From Gemmatimonadales bacterium (GTDB taxonomy: Bacteria; Gemmatimonadota; Gemmatimonadetes; Gemmatimonadales; GWC2-71-9), in assembly GCA_038321865.1 (NCBI GenBank), contig JBBQFH010000014.1, positions 1-64,000 on the forward strand: a stretch of 64,000 nucleotides of DNA, given 5' to 3'. The notes below the pieces were generated by a model. That model was given only the letters and a program-made list of their open reading frames with translations, was not told where the DNA came from and searched no databases. Made by a program: the position numbers and the translations under genes. Shown in pieces: positions 11,670 through 21,672 of this stretch; position 1 is the stretch's first letter; each line of letters opens with the position of its first letter.

Positions 11670-13822
11670 CCGTACTCGCCGACATGGCGCCCGACCTGCG
11701 CGCCGTCCTCGAGCGCCATGGGGACCGGCTCGACCTCGATCTGATCGAGCGGGCGTTCCGCTTCAGCGCGCTCGCGCACCGCGGCCAGAAGCGGATGTCC
11801 GGCGAGGATTTCGTTTCCCACAGCATCGGCGTGGCCCTCATCCTCGCGGAGCAGCTGCTCGACAGCACTTCCATCGCGGCCGCGCTGCTGCACGACGTGG
11901 TCGAGGACTCCGATGTCGCGATGGACGACATCCAGCGCGAGTTCGGTCCCGAGATCGCAGGCATCGTCGACGGGCTCACCAAGATCTCCCACCTGACCTT
12001 CCGCTCGTCGGCGGAAGAGCAGGCCGAAAACTATCGGAAACTGCTGCTCTCGATCGCCCGGGATGCGCGGGTGATCATCATCAAGCTGGGTGACCGTCTG
12101 CACAACATGCGGACGCTCGAGCACCTCTCGCCGGAGCGGCGGACCCGCATCGCGCTGGAGACTCGCGAGATCTATGCGCCGCTGGCCCACCGATTCGGCA
12201 TGGCCGGCATGAAGGCGGAGCTGGAGGATCTGGCGTTCAAGTTCCTCGAGCCGGAGGAGTATCGGGAGCTGGCGCAGCAGGTGGCGGCGAAACGTGCGGC
12301 GCGGGAGCAGATGATTCTCCGGCTGAAAGGCCCGCTCGAAGAGGAGCTCAAGCGCGCCGGTATCGACTGGTTCGACGTCACTGGACGGCCGAAACACCTC
12401 TGGTCGATCTATCAGAAGATGCGCCGCCGGCAGAAGACGTTCGACGAGATATATGACCTCATGGCGATCCGCGTCCTGGTCCGATCGGTGCCCGACTGCT
12501 ATCACGTCCTGGGCATCATCCACCACAACTGGACGCCGTTGCAGGAGCGGATCAAGGACTACATCGCGAGCCCGAAATCGAACGCGTACCAGTCGCTGCA
12601 CACCACGATCTTCGGACCGGGCGGCCAGCTGTTCGAGGTCCAGATCCGCACGCGCGAGATGCACCGCACGGCGGAGTACGGCATCGCGGCGCACTGGGTG
12701 TACAAGAGCGACCGCCCGGACGAGCTCGACGCGCAGCTCAGCTGGTTCCGCCAGCTGCTCGAGCTGCAGCAGGATACGCACAGTCCGGAGGAATTTCTCG
12801 AGTTCCTGAAGATCAATCTCTATCAGGACGAGATCTTCGTGTTCACGCCGCAGGGCGATGTGAAGCGGCTGCCCAAGGGCGCGACCGCGATCGACTTCGC
12901 CTTCGTCGTGCACACGGAGGTCGGTCTCAAGTGCCAGGGCGCCAAGGTGAACGGCCGCATCGCCCCGCTCCACCGCGAGCTGAAGAACGGCGACGCCGTG
13001 GAAATCCTGACCGGCCCCAATGCCCGGCCGAGCCGTGACTGGCTCAATCACGTGCACACGGCGCGTGCGCGCCACAAGATCAAGCAGTGGATCAAGCACG
13101 AGGAGGAGACGGTCAGCCTCGCGCTCGGGCGTGAGATCCTCGCGCGCGAGGTGCGCCGCCGACGGCTGGCGCCGCCCGACGATGCCCAGCTCGAGCAGGC
13201 GGCGGCGACGCTGTCGCTTGCCGATGGCCGGGGGCTGGAGATCGCCGTCGGGCGGGGTGACGTCCCGATCGGGCAGGTGATCCGGGCGCTCTACGCCGAT
13301 CTGCCGGCCGACGAGCTTCAGGAGCCGAAGCCGACGGTGTTCGGGCGGGTGATCGATCGGATCCGGCTCGGGCGCGGGATCAAGATTCAGGGTGTGGACG
13401 GGCTCATGGTCCGGTACGCCCAGTGCTGCCAGCCGGTGCCGGGGGATCCCGTCGTCGGCTACGTGACGCAGGGACGTGGCATCTCCATCCATCGCGCCGA
13501 CTGCCCCAACCTGCTCACCCTCTCGGCGGACGAGCGACGGGTGGACATCGACTGGCAGGAAACTGCGGGCGAGGCATTCGCGGTGCGGCTCGCCCTGAGC
13601 GCGGAGGACCGGCGAGGACTGTATGCCGATATCATGGAGGCCATCAGCCAGACCGGCACCAACATCCGCGGCGCCGACCTGCACTCCAAGGACGGCACGG
13701 TGTTCGGGACCATCTTCGTCGAAGTGGACAACCTCCCGCACCTCGCGAAGGTGCTCAAGGCGGTCCGCAAGGTGAAGGGCGTGAGCACTGTCGAGCGCCG
13801 GGAAGCGCCGGTCAACAACTGA
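11666..13822 (+). CDS. relA: Bifunctional (p)ppGpp synthetase/hydrolase Rel/SpoT
   Basis: HD motif LHDVVED, DRLHNMRTL, RIKDYI, YQSLHTT, TGS domain, CC motif and ACT domain. Confidence 0.96.
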   Translation: MTVLADMAPDLRAVLERHGDRLDLDLIERAFRFSALAHRGQKRMSGEDFVSHSIGVALILAEQLLDSTSIAAALLHDVVEDSDVAMDDIQREFGPEIAGIVDGLTKISHLTFRSSAEEQAENYRKLLLSIARDARVIIIKLGDRLHNMRTLEHLSPERRTRIALETREIYAPLAHRFGMAGMKAELEDLAFKFLEPEEYRELAQQVAAKRAAREQMILRLKGPLEEELKRAGIDWFDVTGRPKHLWSIYQKMRRRQKTFDEIYDLMAIRVLVRSVPDCYHVLGIIHHNWTPLQERIKDYIASPKSNAYQSLHTTIFGPGGQLFEVQIRTREMHRTAEYGIAAHWVYKSDRPDELDAQLSWFRQLLELQQDTHSPEEFLEFLKINLYQDEIFVFTPQGDVKRLPKGATAIDFAFVVHTEVGLKCQGAKVNGRIAPLHRELKNGDAVEILTGPNARPSRDWLNHVHTARARHKIKQWIKHEEETVSLALGREILAREVRRRRLAPPDDAQLEQAAATLSLADGRGLEIAVGRGDVPIGQVIRALYADLPADELQEPKPTVFGRVIDRIRLGRGIKIQGVDGLMVRYAQCCQPVPGDPVVGYVTQGRGISIHRADCPNLLTLSADERRVDIDWQETAGEAFAVRLALSAEDRRGLYADIMEAISQTGTNIRGADLHSKDGTVFGTIFVEVDNLPHLAKVLKAVRKVKGVSTVERREAPVNN

Positions 13823-14235
13823 TGGCGCATCACTGGATCGTGAAGTCCGAACCTTCAGTCTACTCGTTCACGCAGCTGCAGGGAGACGGGCGCGCGGTCT
13901 GGGATGGCGTGCGTAACGCGCAGGCGCTCATCCACCTCCGCGCGATGTCCGTCGGTGACCCAGTGATGGTCTATCACTCGGGCGCCGACAAAGCGGTGGT
14001 CGGCCTGGCGAGGGTCGCAACGGGCCCCTATCCGGATCCGACCGCGGGCGATCCGAAACTCGTCGTGGTGGATCTGGTGCCCGAGCGCGCGCTCGCTCGC
14101 CCTGTCACGCTGGCCGAGATCAAGGCGAGCGGCGAGTTCGCCGACCTCGGTCTCGTCCGACAGTCGAGGCTGTCCGTCGGACCGGTATCGGCCAGCCACT
14201 GGCGCCGGCTGCTAGCCATGTCGGCCCGCCCCTGA
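13822..14235 (+). CDS. EVE domain protein
   Basis: HWIVKSEP, WDGVRNAQA, YHSG, RQSRLSV. Confidence 0.9.
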   Translation: MAHHWIVKSEPSVYSFTQLQGDGRAVWDGVRNAQALIHLRAMSVGDPVMVYHSGADKAVVGLARVATGPYPDPTAGDPKLVVVDLVPERALARPVTLAEIKASGEFADLGLVRQSRLSVGPVSASHWRRLLAMSARP

Positions 14236-14260
14236 ATAAATCCCGAAAGCGCGTTATATT
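14232..14260 (+). promoter_or_regulatory. Putative sigma70 promoter of uvrB (leaderless) with overlapping direct repeat
   Basis: CTGAAT-17-TATATT, with the -10 ending 5 nt before ATG. Contains CTGAA-N6-CCGAA. Confidence 0.55.
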
Positions 14261-14265
14261 CCCCC

Positions 14266-16302
14266 ATGAGCGCGAAATTCGAGGTCGTCGCCCCGTTCGA
14301 GCCTGCCGGAGACCAGCCCAGGGCCATCGTCGAGCTCGTGTCCGGCCTGACGCGTGGCGACCGGTATCAGACGCTGCTGGGTGTCACCGGGTCCGGCAAG
14401 ACGATGACCTTGGCCCATACGATCGCCCAGTACGGCAAGCCGACGCTGGTGCTCTCCCACAACAAGACCCTGGCGGCGCAGCTTTACGGCGAGCTTCGGC
14501 AGTTTCTGCCCCGCAACGCGGTCGAGTACTTCGTTTCGTACTACGACTATTACCAGCCGGAAGCCTACGTCCCGTCGACCGACGTCTACATCGAGAAGGA
14601 CGCGTCGATCAATCAGGATATCGAAAGCCTGCGGCTCCGCGCGACATCAAGTCTGGTCGAGCGACAGGACGTCGTCATCGTGGCGACGGTGAGCGCCATC
14701 TACGGCCTCGGCGACCCGGTCGAATACCGGAAGCTGATGGTGCAGATCCAGCGCGGCGAGCAGCGGGGAAGGGACTCGATCCTGTCCGAGCTGGTACGAA
14801 TCCAGTACGGGCGCAACGACGTCTCATTCGAGCAGGGCAGCTTCCGGGTCCGCGGCGATTCGATCGAAATTTTCCCCGCGTACGCCGAGCAGGCGATCCG
14901 GGTCGAGCTCTGGGGTGACGAGGTCGAGCGGATCAGCAAGATCCACCCGGTGACGGGCGAGACGATCGCGGTGCTGGATCAGTGCGCCATCTACCCGGCC
15001 AAGCATTTCGTCACGCAGCGCCCGACGATCGAGCGCGCGGTCAAGGTCATTCGCGAGGAGCTGGCTGAGCGCCTGGCTGAGCTCAAGGGGGCGGGCAAGC
15101 TGCTCGAGGCCCAGCGGCTCGAGTCGCGCACCAGCTTCGACATCGAGATGATGATGGAGGTGGGCACCTGCGCCGGAATCGAGAACTACTCGCGGCCGCT
15201 CACCGGGCGGCTTCCCGGCGAGCGGCCGGCTTGCCTGTTCGATTACTTCCCGGCCGATTTCCTCGTCGTGGCCGACGAGTCGCACGTGACCCTGCCCCAG
15301 ATCGGCGGCATGTTCAACGGTGACCGCGCCCGCAAGACCACCCTCGTCGAGTATGGATTCCGGCTGCCTTCCGCGCTGGACAACCGGCCCCTGATGTTCG
15401 ACGAATTCATGGCGCTCGTTCCGCAGCTGATCAGCGTCTCGGCGACGCCGGGCGATTTCGAGCTTGGGCTCTCGGGCGGTGTGATCGTCGAGCAGATCAT
15501 CCGGCCGACCGGCCTGGTCGATCCCGAAGTGGATATCCGCCCGGTGCGGGGACAGGTTGACGATCTGCTCAACGAAATCCGGATCCGGGAGCAGCGAAAG
15601 GAACGGGTACTCGTCACCACGCTGACGAAGCGGATGTCGGAGGACCTGACCGACTACCTCCAGCAGGCCGGCGTGCGGGTGCGCTATCTGCATTCCGACA
15701 TCGACGCGATCGAGCGGATGGAAATCCTCCGCGGGCTGCGGCTCGGCGACTTCGACGTGCTGGTCGGTATCAATCTGCTGCGGGAGGGGCTGGATCTGCC
15801 GGAGGTCTCGCTGGTGGCCATCCTCGACGCGGACCAGGAAGGATTTCTCCGATCGGACCGGTCGCTCGTCCAGACGATCGGGCGGGCCGCCCGGCACGTC
15901 AACGGCCGCGCCATCATGTATGCCGATCGCGTGACCGGGTCGATGCGGCGCGCGCTCGACGAGATGGACCGCCGGCGTGGGATCCAGCAGGCCCACAATA
16001 TCGAGCATGGCATCACGCCGATGTCGATCGTCAAGTCGTTCGAGGAGGTCCGGCTCTCGACCCACGTCGCGGACGCGCGGACCGAGAAGCCGGAGCCGAA
16101 GAAGCCGCCGGAGCAGCCTGTCGATCTCCGCGATTCCGCGAAGCGCGCGGCGGTGATTCAGAAGCTGGAGCGCCAGATGCGCGAAGCGGCCGCGAATCTC
16201 GAGTTTGAGCGCGCGGCGATGCTCCGCGACCAGCTCAACGAGCTCAAGGCCCAGCATGCACCGGACGTCCAGAGGGGTCCGCGCGCCCGGCGCCACGCGT
16301 GA
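14266..16302 (+). CDS. uvrB: Excinuclease ABC subunit B
   Basis: [43 protein letters not shown]-terminal UVR domain. Confidence 0.98.
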   Translation: MSAKFEVVAPFEPAGDQPRAIVELVSGLTRGDRYQTLLGVTGSGKTMTLAHTIAQYGKPTLVLSHNKTLAAQLYGELRQFLPRNAVEYFVSYYDYYQPEAYVPSTDVYIEKDASINQDIESLRLRATSSLVERQDVVIVATVSAIYGLGDPVEYRKLMVQIQRGEQRGRDSILSELVRIQYGRNDVSFEQGSFRVRGDSIEIFPAYAEQAIRVELWGDEVERISKIHPVTGETIAVLDQCAIYPAKHFVTQRPTIERAVKVIREELAERLAELKGAGKLLEAQRLESRTSFDIEMMMEVGTCAGIENYSRPLTGRLPGERPACLFDYFPADFLVVADESHVTLPQIGGMFNGDRARKTTLVEYGFRLPSALDNRPLMFDEFMALVPQLISVSATPGDFELGLSGGVIVEQIIRPTGLVDPEVDIRPVRGQVDDLLNEIRIREQRKERVLVTTLTKRMSEDLTDYLQQAGVRVRYLHSDIDAIERMEILRGLRLGDFDVLVGINLLREGLDLPEVSLVAILDADQEGFLRSDRSLVQTIGRAARHVNGRAIMYADRVTGSMRRALDEMDRRRGIQQAHNIEHGITPMSIVKSFEEVRLSTHVADARTEKPEPKKPPEQPVDLRDSAKRAAVIQKLERQMREAAANLEFERAAMLRDQLNELKAQHAPDVQRGPRARRHA

Positions 16303-16709
16303 GGCGCGAGCTGACCGAAGGAGAGCTGGTGGCGGAGGGCGAGACCCTGGGCCGGTCGCTCCCGCCGCGCTCGGTCCTGCTGTTCGAAGGCGAGCTGGGT
16401 GCCGGGAAGACGACGCTCGTGCAGGCGATCGCGCGGGGCCTTGGCGTCGGGGTGCCGGCGACGAGCCCGACGTACGCGCTCGTGCATCACTATCAGGGCC
16501 GGCGCGGACCGGTGTACCATCTCGACTGCTTCCGGCTTCGGAGCCCCGCTGAGGCGGCCGATCTCGATTGGGAGACACTGCTGCGTGATGGAGATGCCCT
16601 GTTGATCGAATGGCCGGAGCGTGCCGCCGAGTGGCTACCGGCGGCGACGCGCCGGTTCCGGCTCAGCCACCTCGCCGATCCCCAACGGCGAGGCATCGAG
16701 ATCGTATGA
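16299..16709 (+). CDS. tsaE: tRNA threonylcarbamoyladenosine biosynthesis ATPase TsaE
   Basis: [28 protein letters not shown]. Confidence 0.94.
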   Translation: MRRELTEGELVAEGETLGRSLPPRSVLLFEGELGAGKTTLVQAIARGLGVGVPATSPTYALVHHYQGRRGPVYHLDCFRLRSPAEAADLDWETLLRDGDALLIEWPERAAEWLPAATRRFRLSHLADPQRRGIEIV

Positions 16710-17407
16710 CATGGCTGGCGCTCGACACCGCCACATCCACCGCCTCGGTGGCACTGGGCCGGGGCGCCAGCGATGCAGTGGAAGAGCGCCTGGTCGGCGC
16801 GCGGCAGCACGCCGGGGCATTGATTCCGATGGTCGACCGGCTGCTCGCCCAGCGGGGCCAGACGTTGGGGGACATCGCAGGGCTGCTCCTGTCCGATGGT
16901 CCGGGGAGTTTTACCGGGCTCCGCGTCGGCGCGGCGTTTGCCAAGGGGCTGTGGGACACGCGGGGCGTGGCGCTTCGGACGGCGCCCTCGCTGCTGGTCC
17001 GCGCCATGGCGGTCGCCGAAGCTGGGGGTGTGGTGCTTGCGGCCACCGACGCGCTGCGCGGCGACGTGTACGCGGCCGTCTATCGCTTCGGGGCTGGTCC
17101 GATCGAGGTGCGGATGCCGCCCGGAGTGTTCCGAGCTGAAGAGTTCGCGGCGCTCGCGGAGGCGGCGGACCGCATCGTCGGCGATCTGACGCCGGACCAG
17201 CAGCGCCTTGCCGGCGTCAGGTATGCGGGGGCAGTCCCGCCCAGCGCGCGCGACTTGCTCGAGCTGCGCCATCATGAGGGGGCAACCACGCTGATCGCCG
17301 ACGTCCACACCTGGGAGCCCGTCTATGGTCGTCCCGCCGAAGCCCAGGCCAAGTGGGAGCGCGAGCACGGACGCGCACTACCACATTCGGCCGGCGCTCC
17401 CGGCTGA
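16706..17407 (+). CDS. tsaB: tRNA threonylcarbamoyladenosine biosynthesis protein TsaB
   Basis: LALDTAT, GPGSFTGLRVG, DALRGDVY, EPVYGR. Confidence 0.92.
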   Translation: MTWLALDTATSTASVALGRGASDAVEERLVGARQHAGALIPMVDRLLAQRGQTLGDIAGLLLSDGPGSFTGLRVGAAFAKGLWDTRGVALRTAPSLLVRAMAVAEAGGVVLAATDALRGDVYAAVYRFGAGPIEVRMPPGVFRAEEFAALAEAADRIVGDLTPDQQRLAGVRYAGAVPPSARDLLELRHHEGATTLIADVHTWEPVYGRPAEAQAKWEREHGRALPHSAGAPG

Positions 17408-17822
17408 TGTCGCCGGGCTGGTCGTGCTCGAGCGCCGCTGCTTCAGCGACCCGTGGAGCGTCGCGAGCTTTCGCGAGGCGATCGAGGCGCCGTGGAGCTT
17501 TGGTCTCGTGGCCGACGGGCCGGCCACGGTCGGCGGGTACCTCATTGCGCGCGATGCGGCCGGGAGCGGTGAAATCCTCAACCTGGCCGTGGCGCCGGAA
17601 CACCGCCGCCAGGGCCTTGCCCGGCGGCTGCTGGAGGCCGGTCTCGGCGAGCTGTCGGCGCGCGGAGTGTATGAAGTCTTTCTCGAGGTACGGCAATCCA
17701 ACGTGGCTGCGCAGATGCTCTATGGCGATGCCGGATTTCGCACGGTGGGCCAGCGCGCCGGCTACTACCGAAGCCCGCGGGAAGACGCCCTGGTCCTGCG
17801 CCGCGACCTGAGCGCCACCTGA
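17325..17822 (+). CDS. rimI: Ribosomal-protein-alanine N-acetyltransferase (start uncertain)
   Basis: ERRCFSDPWS, EILNLAVAPEHRRQGLA, FLEVRQSN, RAGYY...EDALVL. Follows tsaE-tsaB. Confidence 0.9.
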   Translation: MVVPPKPRPSGSASTDAHYHIRPALPADVAGLVVLERRCFSDPWSVASFREAIEAPWSFGLVADGPATVGGYLIARDAAGSGEILNLAVAPEHRRQGLARRLLEAGLGELSARGVYEVFLEVRQSNVAAQMLYGDAGFRTVGQRAGYYRSPREDALVLRRDLSAT

Positions 17823-17847
17823 ATCGGTGGGAGCGGCGGCATTTTGG

Positions 17848-17876
17848 TTGAAGAGAGGATTTGCGCCGTCTATATT
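17848..17876 (+). promoter_or_regulatory. Putative sigma70 promoter of ssb
   Basis: TTGAAG-17-TATATT. GGAGG RBS precedes GTG 17923. Confidence 0.6.
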
Positions 17877-17922
17877 CTGCGTGGGTCCGTGATTCCACGA
17901 CCCGAGAACCCCGGAGGTAACT

Positions 17923-18411
17923 GTGAGCCGCAGCCTGAACAAAGTGACCCTGATCGGCAATCTGGGCGCCGACCCCGAAGTGCGGAGCACCGCCAACGGC
18001 TCCCGCGTCGCCACACTGTCCATCGCGACCAGCCGCCAGTGGAAGAATCAGGGCGGTGAGAAGCAGGAGAAGACCGAGTGGCATCGCGTCGTCCTCTGGA
18101 ACAACAAGGCGTCGACCCTCGCCGACATTGCCGAGCGGTATTGCAAGAAGGGGGACAAGGTCTACGTCGAAGGCAGCATCGAATACCGTTCCTGGCAGGA
18201 TCGTGAGGGCCAGACGCGCTACACGACGGAAATCAACGGCCGGGAGCTGATCCTCCTCTCGGGCAAGGGAGACAGCTCCGAATCCTACACACCGGCCAAG
18301 GTTGGGGCGGGGGCCGGCGGCGGCGGCGGCGGTTCGGCGCCGCGTAAGGAGGAGTCGCTCGACGATTTCCCGGAGGCGCTCGACGCCGAGGACGACGATT
18401 TGCCGTTCTGA
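17923..18411 (+). CDS. ssb: Single-stranded DNA-binding protein
   Basis: SLNKVTLIGNLGADPEVR, TEWHRVV, Gly-rich linker, acidic tail DDDLPF. Confidence 0.97.
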   Translation: MSRSLNKVTLIGNLGADPEVRSTANGSRVATLSIATSRQWKNQGGEKQEKTEWHRVVLWNNKASTLADIAERYCKKGDKVYVEGSIEYRSWQDREGQTRYTTEINGRELILLSGKGDSSESYTPAKVGAGAGGGGGGSAPRKEESLDDFPEALDAEDDDLPF

Positions 18412-18426
18412 GCCGGCGAGCCACAG

Positions 18427-18456
18427 AAGGGGCGGCGCGAGGCGCCGCCCCTTTTT
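18427..18456 (+). terminator. Intrinsic terminator after ssb
   Basis: AAGGGGCGGCGC-GAG-GCGCCGCCCCTT stem running into a T-tract. Confidence 0.85.
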
Positions 18457-18587
18457 CGTGCCCGCCTCCGCCGCGCGGCGCCAGAATCTGCGCCGTTCGC
18501 AAGACCCCGGGGGAGCCCGGATCGTTGAATCGGTCCGTAAGTTCTTCCAAACATTGAGGATGCGATAGCTCGATGGTGGAACGACGG

Positions 18588-18604
18588 CTGGCGAGAAAAT
18601 TGCT
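18588..18604 (+). promoter_or_regulatory. Putative sigma54 (-24/-12) promoter upstream of the LysM gene
   Basis: CTGGCGAGAAAATTGCT fits TGGC-N7-TTGC(A/T). Confidence 0.5.
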
Positions 18605-18683
18605 TGCCAGCGTCCTGTCGTCGTACCGCTCGCTTGCCCAGCACCTCTCAGTATTGCCATCGCACCGTCGGCGGGAGACTCCA

Positions 18684-19832
18684 ATGGTTCGTACCACGTC
18701 TACGCACTCTATCGGCTGGACCCTGGCGCTTGCCCTGGTGCTCCCCGCCAGCGCGGCGGCGCAGGCCGCACGGCCACAGTCGGTCACCGTCAAGGCCGGC
18801 GACACCCTCTGGGGGCTCTCCCGCCAATATCTCGGCGACCCATTTCTGTGGCCCGAGATCTATCGGCTGAATACCCTGGTCGTCGAGGACCCGCACTGGA
18901 TCTATCCCGGTGAGCTGCTTCGGCTGGCATCATCGGATGCGGTCACGGCCGTGCCGACGACCGACACGCCGCCTCCGGTGGATCCAGGCGCGCCGGTGGC
19001 GCAGCAGTCCCCCGCCGCGCCGGTGCGGGTGCAGGCTGCCGCGGCGCCCGATTCCGACGGGGCCGACATGTCGGCGCTGTTCTCACAGGGCCGGCGCAAT
19101 GAACTGATGCGCGAGACGCTGCGGGCATACAGCGATCAGCCGTATCGTCCGCTCCGGCGGAGCGAATTCTTTTCGTCCGGGTTCCTGACCGAGGGGCGTT
19201 CGCTTCCGTTCGGTCGGCTGACAGGCCGGGTGACGCCGCCCCAGATCGCGATGATCAGCGACAAAGTCACGGCGAACCTCTACACCGAGGTCACCCTCGC
19301 TCCCCCCTCGGGCGGCAGCTACCAAGTCGGTGACTCGCTGCTCGTCGTCGATCTCGATCGTGACGTTGCCGACTTCGGTCGGCTGGTGCTTCCGACCGGC
19401 CTGGTGCGGGTGATCGACGTCCGGGCCGGCCAGTATGTGGGATCGGTCGTGGCCGTCTACGGGGACATGCACAACGGGCAGCGGATTCTGCCGACCGAGA
19501 AGTTCGGCGATGCCGGTACGGTGCGCGCCGTGGCAGTGGCGGACGGAGTGCAGTCCCGCCTGCTCGGTGGAGCCCGTAACCGTCCGCTCAAGAAGCCGCA
19601 GGACGTGATTTTTCTGGACAAGGGCCGCAAGGACGGCGTCGCCGCGGGCGACGTGTTCGAGGTGCGCCGCACCGTCACGCGTGACGGTGACAAGGCGGTT
19701 CCCGAGGTCATGGCGACGCTTCAGGTGGTGCACGTCAATGACCACAGCGCGACGACGCGGATCCTCTCGATCACCTCGCCCGATCTCCCGATCGGCTCCG
19801 AGGCGCGCCAGATCGCCAAGCTGCCGTCCTGA
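18684..19832 (+). CDS. Secreted LysM peptidoglycan-binding protein (TsaP-like architecture)
   Basis: Signal peptide, then LysM VKAGDTLWGLSRQYLGDPFLWPEIYRLN...DPHWIYPG. C-terminal IFLDKGRKDGVAAGDVF (FlgT-C-like). Confidence 0.8.
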   Translation: MVRTTSTHSIGWTLALALVLPASAAAQAARPQSVTVKAGDTLWGLSRQYLGDPFLWPEIYRLNTLVVEDPHWIYPGELLRLASSDAVTAVPTTDTPPPVDPGAPVAQQSPAAPVRVQAAAAPDSDGADMSALFSQGRRNELMRETLRAYSDQPYRPLRRSEFFSSGFLTEGRSLPFGRLTGRVTPPQIAMISDKVTANLYTEVTLAPPSGGSYQVGDSLLVVDLDRDVADFGRLVLPTGLVRVIDVRAGQYVGSVVAVYGDMHNGQRILPTEKFGDAGTVRAVAVADGVQSRLLGGARNRPLKKPQDVIFLDKGRKDGVAAGDVFEVRRTVTRDGDKAVPEVMATLQVVHVNDHSATTRILSITSPDLPIGSEARQIAKLPS

Positions 19833-19852
19833 CCTGCTGATCCGCTTCCGTG

Positions 19853-19883
19853 CAACGCCCCGGCCCTCGCGGCCGGGGCGTTG
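19853..19883 (+). terminator. Hairpin or terminator after the LysM gene
   Basis: CAACGCCCCGGCC-CTCGC-GGCCGGGGCGTTG, a perfect 13-bp stem. Confidence 0.75.
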
Positions 19884-20013
19884 TCATTTCCGGGATTCGC
19901 CTCGCCGCTGCGGTTCCCTCCGCCTGCGCCGCTTCTATATTGCGTGCGAGCCTCCCACCTCGGGCGGCGCCACTACACGGGAGGCGGGCGAGGATGAGGG
20001 AGAGCCGGATCGC

Positions 20014-20964
20014 ATGAGTGGACGGGTGCTGGTAGCGGGCGGCGCGGGATTCATCGGGTCGCATATCGCGGAAGCCTACCTGGCTGCGGGGTGGGAGGTC
20101 GTGGCGCTCGATGACCTGTCCCGCGGCAAAGCGTCGAATGTGCCGAAGGGTGTCGAGCTGATCCGGGCCGACGTGCGTTCGCTGGAGGCACGGCGCGCCG
20201 TCGCCGCCGGCGGCTTCAACGTGCTGAACCAGCAGGCCGCCCAGATCGACGTCCGCCACTCGGTCGATGATCCCGGCTACGACGCCGGCATCAACCTCCT
20301 CGGCCTCGTGAACATGCTCGAAGGTGCCGCCGAAGGCGGGGTCCGCCGGGTCGTGTTCGCCAGCAGCGGCGGCGTCCTGTACGGAGAAGCGACGGTGATT
20401 CCGACGCCGGAAACGGCGCCCAAGATGCCGGTGTCCCCCTATGGCGTCAGCAAGCTCGGCGGCGAGCATTATCTCCGGGTTCTCGCGGCACTCCGGAACT
20501 TCGAGGGCGTCGCGATGCGGTATGCCAACGTGTTCGGGCCGCGCCAGGATCCGAAATCGGAAGCCGGTGTCGTGTCCATCTTCGTTTCGCGGCTGCTGGC
20601 GGGTCAGGGCATCACGATCTTCGGCGATGGCACCCAGACGCGCGACTACGTATTCGTGAAGGATGTGGCGCGCGCGAACGTGCTGGCGAGCACCGTGCCG
20701 ATGCCGGCGGTGACCGATCATGACTCGCTGGCGTTCAATGTCGCGACCTCGGCGCAGATGAGCGTGCTCGAACTGGCGGATGCCGTGGGCCGGGCGCTGG
20801 GCCGGAAACCGGACATCGCGTTCGCCGATCCGCGCGCGGGCGAGCTCTCCCGCAGCTCGCTCGAAACATCCAAGGCGGAACGCGTGCTCGGCTGGTCACC
20901 GCAGGTGCAGTTCGCCGACGGCCTGGCCCAGCTCGCGGACTGGTTTCGCGCGGAGTGCCCATGA
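20014..20964 (+). CDS. UDP-glucose 4-epimerase-like NAD-dependent epimerase
   Basis: VAGGAGFIGSH, AAQIDVRHSV, ASSGG, YGVSK, RYANVFGPRQ, GTQTRDYV. Confidence 0.88.
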   Translation: MSGRVLVAGGAGFIGSHIAEAYLAAGWEVVALDDLSRGKASNVPKGVELIRADVRSLEARRAVAAGGFNVLNQQAAQIDVRHSVDDPGYDAGINLLGLVNMLEGAAEGGVRRVVFASSGGVLYGEATVIPTPETAPKMPVSPYGVSKLGGEHYLRVLAALRNFEGVAMRYANVFGPRQDPKSEAGVVSIFVSRLLAGQGITIFGDGTQTRDYVFVKDVARANVLASTVPMPAVTDHDSLAFNVATSAQMSVLELADAVGRALGRKPDIAFADPRAGELSRSSLETSKAERVLGWSPQVQFADGLAQLADWFRAECP

Positions 20965-21671
20965 TGCAAGTCGGCCGGGCAGTACCCACGTCGTCGTGGG
21001 AGCTGGTCACGACCTCGAGCACCGAGACCAAGGTGGTGCTGGTGGTCATCGCGGTGTTCTCGATCGTGTCGTGGTTCATCATCGTGCTGAAGTGGTGGCA
21101 GTTCCGCCGGCTCAACCGGCAGGCCGAGCGTTTCTTCCAGCGGATGGAGGAGACGACGCGGCTGGAGGAAGCCTACCAGGCGATTCTGAAGCAGCCGTCA
21201 TCGCCCTACAACCGGCTGTTCCGTGAGGCCATCAACTTCTACAACGAGCTGCGCCCTGGTGCGATCCACGAGTCGTTCGTCGGTACGCGTGAGATGCTGT
21301 CGGCCACCCAGCTCGAGGCATTCAAGATGGTGCTCGGCAAGGAAGTCTCCGCCGAGCGGGACCTCATGGGGCACCATATCCCGTGGCTCGCGACAATCGG
21401 GGCGGTCGGCCCGCTCCTCGGGCTGCTCGGCACCGTGCTCGGGGTGATGGACGCCTTCATCGGCATTGCCTCGAAGGGCTCCGGCAACATCGGTGCGGTC
21501 GCGCCGGGCGTCGCTGAGGCGCTGGTGACCACCGTCGCCGGCCTCGCGGCGGCGATCCCCGCGGTGATCGCCTACAATCTTTACGTGAATCGCGTCCGGC
21601 TCTTTGCCGGTGAGCTCGAGGGCTTCGCCAACCAGCTCGTCGGCACGATGGCGCGCGAGGGGCTGCTCTAG
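20955..21671 (+). CDS. tolQ: TolQ (MotA/TolQ/ExbB proton channel); start may be ATG 20961
   Basis: LATIGAVGPLLGLLGTVLGVM, VAPGVAEALVTTVAGLAAAIPAVIAYN. First gene of a tol-pal cluster. Confidence 0.9.
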   Translation: MPMMQVGRAVPTSSWELVTTSSTETKVVLVVIAVFSIVSWFIIVLKWWQFRRLNRQAERFFQRMEETTRLEEAYQAILKQPSSPYNRLFREAINFYNELRPGAIHESFVGTREMLSATQLEAFKMVLGKEVSAERDLMGHHIPWLATIGAVGPLLGLLGTVLGVMDAFIGIASKGSGNIGAVAPGVAEALVTTVAGLAAAIPAVIAYNLYVNRVRLFAGELEGFANQLVGTMAREGLL

Positions 21672-21672
21672 C

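Noticed and set aside
18310..18335. (GGC)n run as a variable tandem repeat
   Set aside because: It encodes the normal Gly-rich SSB linker.
19950..19985. GCCTCCC...GGGAGGC stem in the epimerase leader as a riboswitch
   Set aside because: Only a 7-bp GC stem, with no recognisable aptamer consensus.
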